DNA of 64,000 nt from a virus (taxonomy: Duplodnaviria > Caudoviricetes): IMG/VR virus record IMGVR_UViG_3300032305_002044, positions 1 to 64,000 of that record; one strand, given 5' to 3'. Positions 1-8,961 of this stretch are shown in pieces. The position numbers and the translations under genes are program-made. The notes beneath the pieces were generated by a model that was not told where the DNA came from, did no database searches, and saw only the letters and a list, made by a program, of their open reading frames with translations. Positions within the stretch are counted from its first letter, which is position 1; each line of letters opens with the position of its first letter.

Positions 1-120
1 AAAGAGGCTGGCCTTGAAAAGGCGGGCAAAACTGGCCCTAAAGTATACTTATGTGACTTCTGCCCCGTAAAATCCTTTAATATGCAGAAGTCTAACGCCG
101 AGAAGGGGCTGTATAAATAG
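1..120 (+). CDS. C-terminal end of a protein truncated by the window edge (...YLCDFCPVKSFN...GLYK*)
   Basis: Frame 1 is open from position 1 to TAG at 118-120; CxxC motif. Confidence 0.5.
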   Translation, partial: KEAGLEKAGKTGPKVYLCDFCPVKSFNMQKSNAEKGLYK

Positions 121-135
121 CCTTAAGGGGGTAGA

Positions 136-363
136 ATGAGAGTACAAAATCCTATTAGCAGGGGTGGTGCCTCCATGTTTGTTGAATTGGTGTGCTCGTG
201 TACGGCTTCAATTACCGTGGACCTAGAGAAAAATAGGGAAGACGCAGGTTGGCTACTTATAAATAGATTCACTAATGCACATATTGCGTGCGGTTTAGTA
301 AGTCCTCTATTCGAACAGCGTGAAGCCCCAACCAAGCCATTTAACATAGACCAGGAAAATTAA
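136..363 (+). CDS. Hypothetical protein (start may be ATG 175)
   Basis: Stop overlaps next start (TAATG). Confidence 0.6.
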   Translation: MRVQNPISRGGASMFVELVCSCTASITVDLEKNREDAGWLLINRFTNAHIACGLVSPLFEQREAPTKPFNIDQEN

Positions 364-1286
364 TGAACTACTACGAAACGCTAGCTCAACAAGCAGAGTC
401 CGTAGAGTTTGAACCAAGCGAAACTTCTTATTTTAGTGAGTCTGCTGGTCATTTAGATTCAAGATTATTTCGTGGGGCTACCCTAATTCCTAATGTGCGT
501 AACGCCATTTTAGTTTTACTTAAAAATCATCTAGAACTTGGATACAACGAGCCTATGTCCTGGGCACAAGTATTCCTAGCGGGTTCGGGAGTATCGTTTA
601 ACTGGCAGGCTCATAGGGCCCCAGCAGACTTAGACTGCTTAGTTAGTGTAGATTACGTTCAGTTCCGTCAATCTAATCAAGAATACAAAGGTTGGTCGGA
701 TAGAGAAATTGCTGCTGAGATTAACCAGGGATTTAAGAACGAATTACATCCACGTACCGATAATTTTATGGACGCCTTTGAGCTTACATTTTATGTAAAC
801 CCAAATCCCAATATTACAGAATTAAAGCCCTACGCAGCCTATTCAGTTACAGATAACACTTGGGTAGTTCCACCAACAAGATTAGAGCCTCCAACCGACC
901 CTGAATGGATGTCCGCAGTTGAGCGGGATAAAGTAAAAGCCGTTGAACTAGTTAAACGGTATTCAACAGCGTTAGATCAAATCAAAAACGCGGCTAATGA
1001 CGCAATGCGTATAAATGCTGAGGCAGCTTTAGCCGTATTGGTACAACAAGGGGCCGCAATGTTTGAGGACATTCATACCTCACGAAGTGGAGCCTTTAGC
1101 CCTACGGGTGCAGGCTACGCAGATTTTGCAAACTACCGTTGGCAAGCTGGAAAGCAAAGTGGTGTTGTCCCAGCATTAAAAAAGATACACTCTATGTCTA
1201 AAGAAGCTAATGAACGTTTTTCTAAAGAAACTTATGGTATAGAATTACCAGATACAAGCACTTTACTTAGGCGTGCAATTCGTTAA
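363..1286 (+). CDS. Pol-beta-superfamily nucleotidyltransferase-like protein
   Basis: hAGS-x13-DLD motif (FLAGSGVSFNWQAHRAPADLDCLV) plus a downstream acidic strand (ELTFYVN). Confidence 0.7.
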   Translation: MNYYETLAQQAESVEFEPSETSYFSESAGHLDSRLFRGATLIPNVRNAILVLLKNHLELGYNEPMSWAQVFLAGSGVSFNWQAHRAPADLDCLVSVDYVQFRQSNQEYKGWSDREIAAEINQGFKNELHPRTDNFMDAFELTFYVNPNPNITELKPYAAYSVTDNTWVVPPTRLEPPTDPEWMSAVERDKVKAVELVKRYSTALDQIKNAANDAMRINAEAALAVLVQQGAAMFEDIHTSRSGAFSPTGAGYADFANYRWQAGKQSGVVPALKKIHSMSKEANERFSKETYGIELPDTSTLLRRAIR

Positions 1287-1331
1287 AATGTGATAGTGTA
1301 AACGCAAGATTTCTACTAAATGGAGAATTAA

Positions 1332-2048
1332 ATGAAAGCAAAAGATACCGTAGCCATTGGTTGGTGCCACGCAGGCGAAGTAGACACCGAATTTGCATTA
1401 AGTATGATGCAGATTGTTCGTGATAATCCTAAGCGCGTAGGTACATTTTTCTGTGTAGAAGGCCTAGGTTTGTTAGCTAAGAGCCGCAACATTATGGTTG
1501 CCCATTTCTTAGACAAAACAAAAGATGACTGGTTATTAATGTTAGATTCTGATGAGCGACTTTCTCCAGACGCGTTTAGCTTGTGGTGTGCCACAGCAGA
1601 CCAGATAGAACGCCCAGTAGTTGCTGGTTTGTATTTTGCAGCTTTGTGGGAAGGCCCTAGCTTACGACCAGTGCCTTTGATTTTTAAGTTAGATGAGCAA
1701 GGTGGCTTACAGCCTTGGGATAACTACCCAGAAAATGAAGTATTACAAGTTTTTGCAGCAGGAACAGGCGCGCTATTAATGCACCGTTCAGCTTTGCAAA
1801 AACTACGTGATCTTGTAGATGATGGTCTAAAAGACTGGTGTTGGTTCCAAGACGGGCCTATTGGTGATAACAAATGGCTATCAGAAGATTTAATGTTTTG
1901 TTCTAAACTAACTAACGCAGGTATTCCAATGCATGCCCATACTGGGGTAGTCTTACAGCACCATAAGCCTATGTGGCTTGATGTGCCTCATTACCGCGCA
2001 TGGGCTGAAAACAACGAGCCTGGAACTGGGTTGGATCAACTAAAATGA
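1332..2048 (+). CDS. GT-A fold (family 2-like) glycosyltransferase
   Basis: SRN..V..FL, LMLDSD (DxD), GTGALL, SED..FC and HTGV..HHK motifs; SD GGAG. Confidence 0.8.
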   Translation: MKAKDTVAIGWCHAGEVDTEFALSMMQIVRDNPKRVGTFFCVEGLGLLAKSRNIMVAHFLDKTKDDWLLMLDSDERLSPDAFSLWCATADQIERPVVAGLYFAALWEGPSLRPVPLIFKLDEQGGLQPWDNYPENEVLQVFAAGTGALLMHRSALQKLRDLVDDGLKDWCWFQDGPIGDNKWLSEDLMFCSKLTNAGIPMHAHTGVVLQHHKPMWLDVPHYRAWAENNEPGTGLDQLK

Positions 2049-2167
2049 CCGCAGAATTTCAAGACGAATACGAAGAGGTCTGGCAGTTATGTGAAGTGTG
2101 CCAAGACTTACGAGTAGACGTAACGTACCATTCTGGGAAACGTGCGTGTTCTAAATGTCAGTCGTAA
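2045..2167 (+). CDS. Small Zn-ribbon protein (40 aa; not in ORF track)
   Basis: ATGA overlap with upstream stop; CEVC...CSKC. Confidence 0.55.
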   Translation: MTAEFQDEYEEVWQLCEVCQDLRVDVTYHSGKRACSKCQS

Positions 2168-2622
2168 TTTTTGTTGATGGAGTAATGCGCCGAGTGCGCG
2201 ATCAGTCCATAATTATGGAAGGTGTAGCCCTATATAAGTCCCTTAATGAGACTAACAGGGTTATTTTGGTCTGCGATGACGCAGAGCGAACAGACGTTTG
2301 GTTAAAGACTAATAATCTGGCTAAAAAATTAGACGACATTATGGCAGTTGTAGATACTCCTTTAGAGCGCCCTCGCCTACTTACTATTGAAACCATACGC
2401 AGTAAAGGCAAAATTGATTACGTTGTCACAGAAGACACTGAGCTAGCTACCCAATTAATTGAAGTGGGTATTCCTGTTTTAGTGTTCCTTAATCCAAGAT
2501 ATACTAGGCCAGAATTCCGCCCAGATGGGCGTGAAGGCCGCAAGAGCTGGAATGCTATTAACGAGGAGTTAGACCGTCAGCAAGGGTTATATGATGACGA
2601 CGCAAGACTTGGGGAAAAATAG
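2155..2622 (+). CDS. HAD-fold protein, degenerate motif I
   Basis: VVIFVDGV resembles hhhDxDGV with the first Asp missing; WL..NNL motif. Confidence 0.5.
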   Translation: MSVVIFVDGVMRRVRDQSIIMEGVALYKSLNETNRVILVCDDAERTDVWLKTNNLAKKLDDIMAVVDTPLERPRLLTIETIRSKGKIDYVVTEDTELATQLIEVGIPVLVFLNPRYTRPEFRPDGREGRKSWNAINEELDRQQGLYDDDARLGEK

Positions 2623-4118
2623 TGCACCTAATCTATTTAGGGGCAGATGTACCTAGTAATAGAGTAATCCTAGAAACTATGGGAATTAAACGTGTTGGCG
2701 TGTCCTTTTGGAGACTAACCCGCCGTGGATTACCTAAAAGTAAACGGTATTTATTAGAAAATTACTTTCAACCCTATATGGAAATCCACGTTCATCCTGG
2801 CATTCCAGAGGCCACAGTGCTAACGGCAGCTGAGCTGGAGGAGTTTGCAGAGGCTTATGAGGACTTTCTAGCCCATAATATGGAAAGAATTACATCATTC
2901 ACAGAAATAACGCACCCACAAGTTGATAAGTTGAATCTTCAACTACAACGACAGGCCGCCTGGTCTGAAGAGGACAAGTTTTGGGTGACTATTAGGTCAG
3001 ATAGTTCTTACGCCGAGATCGTAGACTTATGCCAGCAATATAAGAACGTAGCCATTCCCTACGACCTTATTGAGTCAGACGTATCCCTAGCCGCTAAGAC
3101 CCGTTCCTTGACCAATCAATACGGTACGGTGTTCCATGCCCTTGCCTGTGCCAAGCCAGATAACCTGCGCCAGATACAGGTAAATTCTGCTACTACCCAG
3201 TCTTGGTTGTCCCCTATGATGCGTGGAGAGACCATTGTATGGGATGGTAACAAGCTAGTTAGATACCCAAAGAAGATGAAAGATCAAGCTCGCCCAAGAT
3301 ACAAAGCGGTGTACGAGAAAGCTGGGCTAGACTTTGATAAAATTATAGAAGACGACCCAGTAGAGGTAGCAAAGCTTGCCCTGTGGTCATATGACCAGTT
3401 TGAGGAGCGCTTTAATATGGTAAACAACCCATTTTCAAGTCCAGAAAATGACTACGATCAAGAAGACGAGTTATATTATAACAGCGACTTATTGCATACT
3501 ACTGGAAACGCGGAAACTACCCCCGCTGTACATGATAAGAGGGGGGGTCAGATGCGGAAACTTGAACATAGGGATAGCACCGAAATGGCTACGCTTCCTG
3601 TGTTTGGAACCGAGTACAAAACCATTGTTGAGCAGGATGAAAACGGGTTTGACGTCATCAAAGATGTCCCCCTTATGCGGTCAAATGCAACCAGCCTTCG
3701 TATGTGTGATACCTGTTTTGTAGCCTCTAATTGCCCTGCGTTTAAGCCTGCAAACACCTGTGCGTTTAACCTACCAGTAGAGGTTAAAACAAAAGAACAG
3801 TTAGTTTCGTTACTCAATGCAATCATTGAGATGCAGGCGCAACGTGTAGCATTTGCAAGGTTTTCCGAAGAATTAAACGGTGGTTATCCAGACCCTAATA
3901 CGGGTCAAGAAATGGATAGATTACTTAAACTTGTAAAGAACGCTAAGGACTTGCAAGACACATCATCATTCATTAAGATGACTGTTGAAGCAAAGAATGG
4001 AGGCGGGGTTTTAAGCCAAATATTTGGTGAAAGAGCCCGCGATTTGAGTCAGTTGCCAAACAACGGACTGTCTGAAGATGACACTACACAGGTCATTCGA
4101 AGAGCCATTGAAGACTAG
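2622..4118 (+). CDS. Hypothetical protein with a degenerate TGT/DpdA-like segment and a Cys4 cluster
   Basis: FHALAC...NSATTQSW resembles the H.LG...S.DSTSW signature; CDTCFVASNCPAFKPANTC. Confidence 0.45.
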   Translation: MHLIYLGADVPSNRVILETMGIKRVGVSFWRLTRRGLPKSKRYLLENYFQPYMEIHVHPGIPEATVLTAAELEEFAEAYEDFLAHNMERITSFTEITHPQVDKLNLQLQRQAAWSEEDKFWVTIRSDSSYAEIVDLCQQYKNVAIPYDLIESDVSLAAKTRSLTNQYGTVFHALACAKPDNLRQIQVNSATTQSWLSPMMRGETIVWDGNKLVRYPKKMKDQARPRYKAVYEKAGLDFDKIIEDDPVEVAKLALWSYDQFEERFNMVNNPFSSPENDYDQEDELYYNSDLLHTTGNAETTPAVHDKRGGQMRKLEHRDSTEMATLPVFGTEYKTIVEQDENGFDVIKDVPLMRSNATSLRMCDTCFVASNCPAFKPANTCAFNLPVEVKTKEQLVSLLNAIIEMQAQRVAFARFSEELNGGYPDPNTGQEMDRLLKLVKNAKDLQDTSSFIKMTVEAKNGGGVLSQIFGERARDLSQLPNNGLSEDDTTQVIRRAIED

Positions 4119-4192
4119 CTCTTATATTATAAGAGCCCCCCGTTCCCCTGTGGAACAGCACTATAGTAAAAACCACACAAATAAGGATAGGT

Positions 4193-6211
4193 ATGTTGTC
4201 ATTTAAGTTGACTGACGAGTTCATCTCGTCGTATGAAGGTAAAAAAGTTCCCTGGGGTTACCAAGACGCAGGTGGAAATGCGGTCGGGGAAATCACATTT
4301 CTACGAACCTATTCTCGTAAGAAAGAGGATGGCACTAAAGAGACTTGGGTAGAAGTTTGCCGTCGTGTTATTGAGGGTATGTACTCAATCCAGAAAGATC
4401 ACTGCAAGACCAACCGTTTGCCGTGGAATGAGAACAAGGCGCAAGCCTCGGCTAAAGAGGCTTTCGAACGCCTGTTCGAACTTAAGTGGACTCCGCCAGG
4501 CCGTGGGTTATGGGTAATGGGTACTCCTATTGTTACTGTGCAAAAGAATAGCGCGGCTCTACAAAACTGCTCATTTGTATCCACAGAGTCAATGACCAAG
4601 CACAACCCAGCCAAGCCATTTGCGTTCCTAATGGAAGCCTCAATGCTAGGTGTAGGTGTGGGCTTTGATGACAAAGGGGCAGACAAAGAGTTCACCATTT
4701 ACGCACCAACACAAACTATCAGCGAGTATGTAATCCCTGATACCCGTGAGGGTTGGGTGGAATCCACCTCTGCTCTGATTAACTCTTACCTACGCCACGA
4801 CCAGCCAACCCTTAGTTTTGACTATAGTGAAATCCGTAAAGAAGGAGAACCTATCAAGACGTTTGGTGGTACGGCAGCGGGCCCTGATCCGTTGAAGGCG
4901 CTTCACCAGCATATTATCCGAATCTTCAAAGATAGAGAAGGCACATTATTAACTAGAGTGGACATTGCCGATTTGGGTAACCTTATTGGAGTGTGCGTAG
5001 TGTCGGGTAACGTGCGCCGTTCTGCTGAGCTACTAATGGGTCGCTTGGATGATGATGACTTCCTTAATCTAAAAAATAGTGAGCGTTTTCCAGAGCGCAA
5101 TAGCTATGACAAGAAAGCTCCAGGTTGGGGTTGGATGTCCAACAACTCTGTTGGCATCTCTGTTGGGGATGATCTATCAGGAATTATTGACGGTATTGCT
5201 TTGAATGGTGAGCCTGGTGTTATTTGGATGGATGTAACCCGTAAGTACGGTCGCCTCATTGACCCACCAAACAACAAAGACTGGCGGGCAGCTGGATACA
5301 ATCCGTGTGCAGAGCAGAGCCTAGAATCGTTTGAGTGCTGTACTCTAGTCGAGACTTACCTTAACCGCCACGACGATATGGCAGATTACTTGCGAAGTCT
5401 AAAGTTTGCTTACCTGTATGCCAAGACGGTTACGCTTCTACCTACCCATTGGGAGGAAACCAACGCTATTATGCAACGTAATCGCCGTATTGGTACTTCA
5501 ATGTCTGGTATTGCTAACTTTGCTGATAAGAACGGACTACCTGAACTTCGTACTTGGATGGACTCTGGTTACGACACCGTGCTGAAGTACGACAGGATGT
5601 ACTCGGAATGGTTGGGTATTCGTGAGTCAATTAAAACTACTACCGTTAAGCCAAGCGGGACTGTGTCTATTCTAGCTGGTGAAAGCCCAGGTGTGCATTG
5701 GACTCCAGGTGGCAGGCACTTCTTACGAGCTATTCGCTTTGCCAATGATGACCCAATGTTACCTCTTTTTCAGTACGCAGGGTACACGGTTGAACCTGCT
5801 AGTGAGTCTCCAAAGACTACCAGCGTAGTTTTCTTTCCTGTGGAATCAGACGCTTCTCGTAGTGAGAAAGATGTCTCTATCTATGAAAAAATGTCTCTCG
5901 CTTCGGTAGCTCAACGCCATTGGTCAGACAACTCGGTCTCGGTTACTGTATCCTTTAATAAGGACACGGAAACTAAAGATGTTGGTACAGTCCTACACCT
6001 CTTTGACGGGCAACTCAAAACTGTTTCTTTCTTACCAATGGGAAACAAGACTTACCCGCAAATGCCGTACACACAGATAACTGCCGAACAGTATGAAGAT
6101 TACAAAATGAAACTGCTACCCATTGACTTTACAGATGTCTATGCAGGAATGGCAGCCGACGCTATCGGTGAGAAATACTGCAGTACGGATTTCTGCGAAG
6201 TACCGAAGTAA
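4193..6211 (+). CDS. nrdJ: Class II (adenosylcobalamin-dependent) ribonucleotide reductase, RTPR type
   Basis: PPGRGLW, LQNC, GNVRRSA, YNPCAEQ, TVKPSGT and C-terminal CSTDFC redox pair. Confidence 0.95.
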   Translation: MLSFKLTDEFISSYEGKKVPWGYQDAGGNAVGEITFLRTYSRKKEDGTKETWVEVCRRVIEGMYSIQKDHCKTNRLPWNENKAQASAKEAFERLFELKWTPPGRGLWVMGTPIVTVQKNSAALQNCSFVSTESMTKHNPAKPFAFLMEASMLGVGVGFDDKGADKEFTIYAPTQTISEYVIPDTREGWVESTSALINSYLRHDQPTLSFDYSEIRKEGEPIKTFGGTAAGPDPLKALHQHIIRIFKDREGTLLTRVDIADLGNLIGVCVVSGNVRRSAELLMGRLDDDDFLNLKNSERFPERNSYDKKAPGWGWMSNNSVGISVGDDLSGIIDGIALNGEPGVIWMDVTRKYGRLIDPPNNKDWRAAGYNPCAEQSLESFECCTLVETYLNRHDDMADYLRSLKFAYLYAKTVTLLPTHWEETNAIMQRNRRIGTSMSGIANFADKNGLPELRTWMDSGYDTVLKYDRMYSEWLGIRESIKTTTVKPSGTVSILAGESPGVHWTPGGRHFLRAIRFANDDPMLPLFQYAGYTVEPASESPKTTSVVFFPVESDASRSEKDVSIYEKMSLASVAQRHWSDNSVSVTVSFNKDTETKDVGTVLHLFDGQLKTVSFLPMGNKTYPQMPYTQITAEQYEDYKMKLLPIDFTDVYAGMAADAIGEKYCSTDFCEVPK

Positions 6212-6220
6212 TAATTAAAT

Positions 6221-6257
6221 AAAAAACCCCCCTAATCAAAACTAGGGGGGTTTTTTT
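6221..6257. terminator. Bidirectional intrinsic terminator between convergent arms
   Basis: A6-CCCCCCTA...TAGGGGGG-T7. Confidence 0.85.
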
Positions 6258-6319
6258 ATGCCAAAATTTTGTCTAAAAACCCCCCATAGGGGGGTCTAAA
6301 TGAGGTAAATTTGAACAAG

Positions 6320-6355
6320 AAAAAGCCACCCGTTCCCGATTAGGAGAGAGGTGGC
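6320..6355 (-). terminator. Terminator of the leftward arm
   Basis: GCCACC/GGTGGC stem followed by a T-run on the minus strand. Confidence 0.6.
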
Positions 6356-6375
6356 AGTTCCTGGTCTATTTTATA

Positions 6376-6594
6376 TTATTCAAAGCTATGAATTAGGTCT
6401 CTCTCGTTTGGAGCTATGCTAATTCCGTTGTGCTTACGAAGTCTCTTATTAACTTGGTTGATTGCTACTACGTTATTGCAAGCAGGGCATTTAGTAGTTA
6501 CTTTATTAGACTCTGGATAGTGCCAGACTTCGGCAGTATCTAAATCTATCTCTCCTGTGTAATAGCAAGGGTGTTCAACGTGTTTATTAGCCAT
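6376..6594 (-). CDS. Small Zn-ribbon-like protein
   Basis: CPAC...LRKH; coupled to upstream ORF. Confidence 0.65.
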   Translation of the reverse strand: MANKHVEHPCYYTGEIDLDTAEVWHYPESNKVTTKCPACNNVVAINQVNKRLRKHNGISIAPNERDLIHSFE

Positions 6595-6743
6595 TATCGT
6601 TTCTTAGCCTTTCCTGCATACCCAGTCTTTTTCTTATTCATAGACCCAGGGGTGTTGTATCCACCTCGGTTAGGTACGTTACGCTTACGGACTTCTAGTG
6701 CTTCTAATATTTTATCGTGGTGCTTACCCATTTTAATTTCCAT
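6594..6743 (-). CDS. Small basic protein (49 aa; not in ORF track)
   Basis: MEIKMGKHHDKILEALEVRKR...KAKKR*; TAATG coupling. Confidence 0.55.
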   Translation of the reverse strand: MEIKMGKHHDKILEALEVRKRNVPNRGGYNTPGSMNKKKTGYAGKAKKR

Positions 6744-6880
6744 TTTCTTTGTAAGACATTTTTATAGTTATTCCTGTTGGTTTTGATGACCAAAACCCAT
6801 CATAAATTCTAGAATGTTTTGCTTCTTTTGAGTTCTTTTTATATTTACGAGGGTTGTATACCTCGCAATATAGTTTGTTT

Positions 6881-7237
6881 TTACCCATTTGGGTTCTCCT
6901 TGTAATAATCGGTTTCTAAAACTAACTTAACAACGTGGGCGCAGGGGTCTCCGCCCTCCTCCCAATCATTACTCTCTTGCTCGGTGAGGTAAGGGTCTCC
7001 GTCGTGAGTCATACAAAACGGTGGGGTAATCCACTTGTTAGTAAGCCCTGTATTTAACCACTCAAAGTATTCCTCAAGATCATTAGACTCAACAAGTTCC
7101 TTAGCCAATTCAGGATAGTGTTTTACTATGTCCTCGTAGGTCATAACACCTTTGTATTCAGAGCAAGACGCACAATATGTCGCTTCCTCTCCTAAATTGT
7201 TGCTACAAAAGACACAGAATAGGGTGCTACTCTCCAT
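6881..7237 (-). CDS. Hypothetical Cys-rich protein
   Basis: CVFC...CASC, FCMTHDG...DPCAH; start reassigned to MESST. Confidence 0.7.
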   Translation of the reverse strand: MESSTLFCVFCSNNLGEEATYCASCSEYKGVMTYEDIVKHYPELAKELVESNDLEEYFEWLNTGLTNKWITPPFCMTHDGDPYLTEQESNDWEEGGDPCAHVVKLVLETDYYKENPNG

Positions 7238-7409
7238 CTTTTTTGTCCTCAACTTTGCTGTACAAGTCAATAAGTGCTTCTAGTTCTAGTTCTCTTTTCT
7301 TTGACTCATAAGTTTTCTTGCCTTTAAGTCTCCAATGTAGACTCCATACCCAAGCTTCTACAATGTTGTAAACTTGCGCGAACGCGATTATCCATAGTGC
7401 TGTTTTCAT
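7227..7409 (-). CDS. Small hypothetical membrane-associated protein
   Basis: Hydrophobic N-terminus; SD GAGGAG. Confidence 0.6.
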   Translation of the reverse strand: MKTALWIIAFAQVYNIVEAWVWSLHWRLKGKKTYESKKRELELEALIDLYSKVEDKKDGE

Positions 7410-7681
7410 TATTTCTCCTCATCTGGTGGGCAGGTGCAAATCTCAAGTGGCATAAGAATAAGTTCTGCCCAACTATTGTCAGCGTTTAGTAAGTGCATAG
7501 CCTTTGAGTTTATTAAAGAGTTGTGGATAGTCCCCTTTAATATTTCTTGTTTTGCTTCATCAGGTAACGTGTTAAAGAATTGAACGTGTGGGTGATCGTT
7601 ATCAAGCTTGATAGCAAACTCAATGCTTACTCTCTCAATGGTGATGTTATCACGCTTCTTCTTCTTATCTTTCTTAGCCAT
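7409..7681 (-). CDS. Hypothetical protein
   Basis: Coupled ORF within operon. Confidence 0.65.
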   Translation of the reverse strand: MAKKDKKKKRDNITIERVSIEFAIKLDNDHPHVQFFNTLPDEAKQEILKGTIHNSLINSKAMHLLNADNSWAELILMPLEICTCPPDEEK

Positions 7682-7994
7682 TATTTTCTCCGTTTTCTAG
7701 TTTAGGCCATACTCCGTCAATAACCATTAAAGCAATAATGCCGTAATTGGCTAAGTCTAGGAAGCTATCCCGCAGCGACTCGTGCTTTGGGTCTTTATTC
7801 TCGTCTATTAAGTTGTTAATGCGAGATACTTTATCGTAGATACGAACCCTTAAACCATTTAACGCACCGCCAGGGGCGTTTGCTATGTTTAGAGGACCAT
7901 AATCGTTTTGCTTTGAGATAAGCAGGTTACTACATTCAGTAATAATGTCTGCTACATCTACTACAAACTTTTTCATTTCAGGGCTTGTTGCCAT
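7674..7994 (-). CDS. DUF1599 / nucleotide-modification-associated domain protein
   Basis: K.NDYG..NI, RVRIYDK.SR..NL, ESLRDSF.DLANY. Confidence 0.75.
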   Translation of the reverse strand: MATSPEMKKFVVDVADIITECSNLLISKQNDYGPLNIANAPGGALNGLRVRIYDKVSRINNLIDENKDPKHESLRDSFLDLANYGIIALMVIDGVWPKLENGENNG

Positions 7995-7996
7995 TA

Positions 7997-8016
7997 TCTC
8001 TCTCTCTCTCTCTCTC
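7997..8016. repeat. (TC)10 microsatellite
   Basis: Read directly; sits 2 nt upstream of the ATG at 7994. Confidence 0.95.
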
Positions 8017-8036
8017 TTTGGTAAACATTACCATAA

Positions 8037-8171
8037 TTATTTATGACACTCGCACTCGCAGGTGTAGGTCAAGCCTGTCAAGTTTGATGTGAACGATATG
8101 GTGCAATCGGTGTGGGTAGCGTCTACTCCACCACACCAACCAAAGAAGTTACTCTTACCCTTGCTACTCAT
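8037..8171 (-). CDS. Small Cys-rich protein (44 aa; not in ORF track)
   Basis: MSSKGKSNFFGWCGG...TCECECHK*; ATGA overlap. Confidence 0.55.
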   Translation of the reverse strand: MSSKGKSNFFGWCGGVDATHTDCTISFTSNLTGLTYTCECECHK

Positions 8172-8407
8172 ACTGTTACGGACTCTCTCATCAGGGTTGA
8201 TACTCGGTCTAATACATCAGGCACGTTAGAGTCTAAAGCTTCGCACAGGCTAAACATAAGATCGCTTGAGACTTCCTTGACACCTCTTTCTATCTCGGAG
8301 ATGTACCCCAGAGACATAAGAGCTTTGGTAGATAGTTCCCGTAAAGTCCAACCTTGCTTAATCCGCAGGTCTTTAATTACTATTCCTAGCGCGGTTCGGT
8401 ACAACAT
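8168..8407 (-). CDS. XRE-family HTH regulator, ClgR-like
   Basis: QG.TLRE.S..A..SLGY.SEIERG.KE.SS.L...LC.AL matches actinobacterial ClgR. Confidence 0.8.
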   Translation of the reverse strand: MLYRTALGIVIKDLRIKQGWTLRELSTKALMSLGYISEIERGVKEVSSDLMFSLCEALDSNVPDVLDRVSTLMRESVTV

Positions 8408-8409
8408 AA

Positions 8410-8610
8410 CTAGTTTATTTCCTTTCTTGTAACGTACTCAAGTACGTCAGCTTCCTCTACGGCGCATTGAAGTTGAGCATAAAGAGCAGATAGTTCGCGG
8501 TAAGTTAGGTAGTAAAGGGTGTCTTTGATAGTTATTGGGTGGAGTATTGGTTTCATTTCCTTATTAGTTTCCTTATCCATTGACTTCAACGTGTTCGTCA
8601 GATAGTTCAA
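8410..8610 (-). CDS. Hypothetical protein
   Basis: Operon position; start uncertain. Confidence 0.55.
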   Translation of the reverse strand: MNYLTNTLKSMDKETNKEMKPILHPITIKDTLYYLTYRELSALYAQLQCAVEEADVLEYVTRKEIN

Positions 8611-8748
8611 TATCCCCGTCTTGCCAATCTGTCGCGCCTGTTCGGGGGTGAGCGTTCCACTTATCGAGAGCTTCCTGAGCTGTCTCGGCTTGTACCCAGT
8701 AGGTAATAACTTGTGTTATTTGATATTCCATTTTTATTCTTTCTTTGA

Positions 8749-8961
8749 TTAGTTCCAGTATTTGATCTTAGAGATACGGTAATTCGAGGCTTTCCAATCG
8801 TCTGTGTGGTGTTGCGCCCACTCAAAGGCTTGCTCGCTCGCGTGGTCAGGGTCATCTGCAAAGACTTTCATTTCATACGAGATGTTATTGCCGTCTTGTA
8901 ATCCTGTTATTGTTACCTCGTAGTCAGGTCGAGGTGGTTGCGGTTGTTCTGGCTCGGTCAT
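8749..8961 (-). CDS. Hypothetical protein
   Basis: SD GAGAGG; TAATG coupling. Confidence 0.65.
   Translation of the reverse strand: MTEPEQPQPPRPDYEVTITGLQDGNNISYEMKVFADDPDHASEQAFEWAQHHTDDWKASNYRISKIKYWN

Noticed and set aside
7-23. GCTGGCCTTGAAAAGGC resembling the cassette hairpins
   Set aside because: It lies inside a probable CDS and lacks the terminal arms; likely chance
4119-4192. NrdR boxes upstream of nrdJ
   Set aside because: No convincing tandem match to the NrdR consensus
4399-5301. Minus-strand ORFs within nrdJ, and similar antisense or alternate-frame ORFs throughout the window
   Set aside because: They are shadow ORFs fully overlapping well-supported genes, with no SD or motifs
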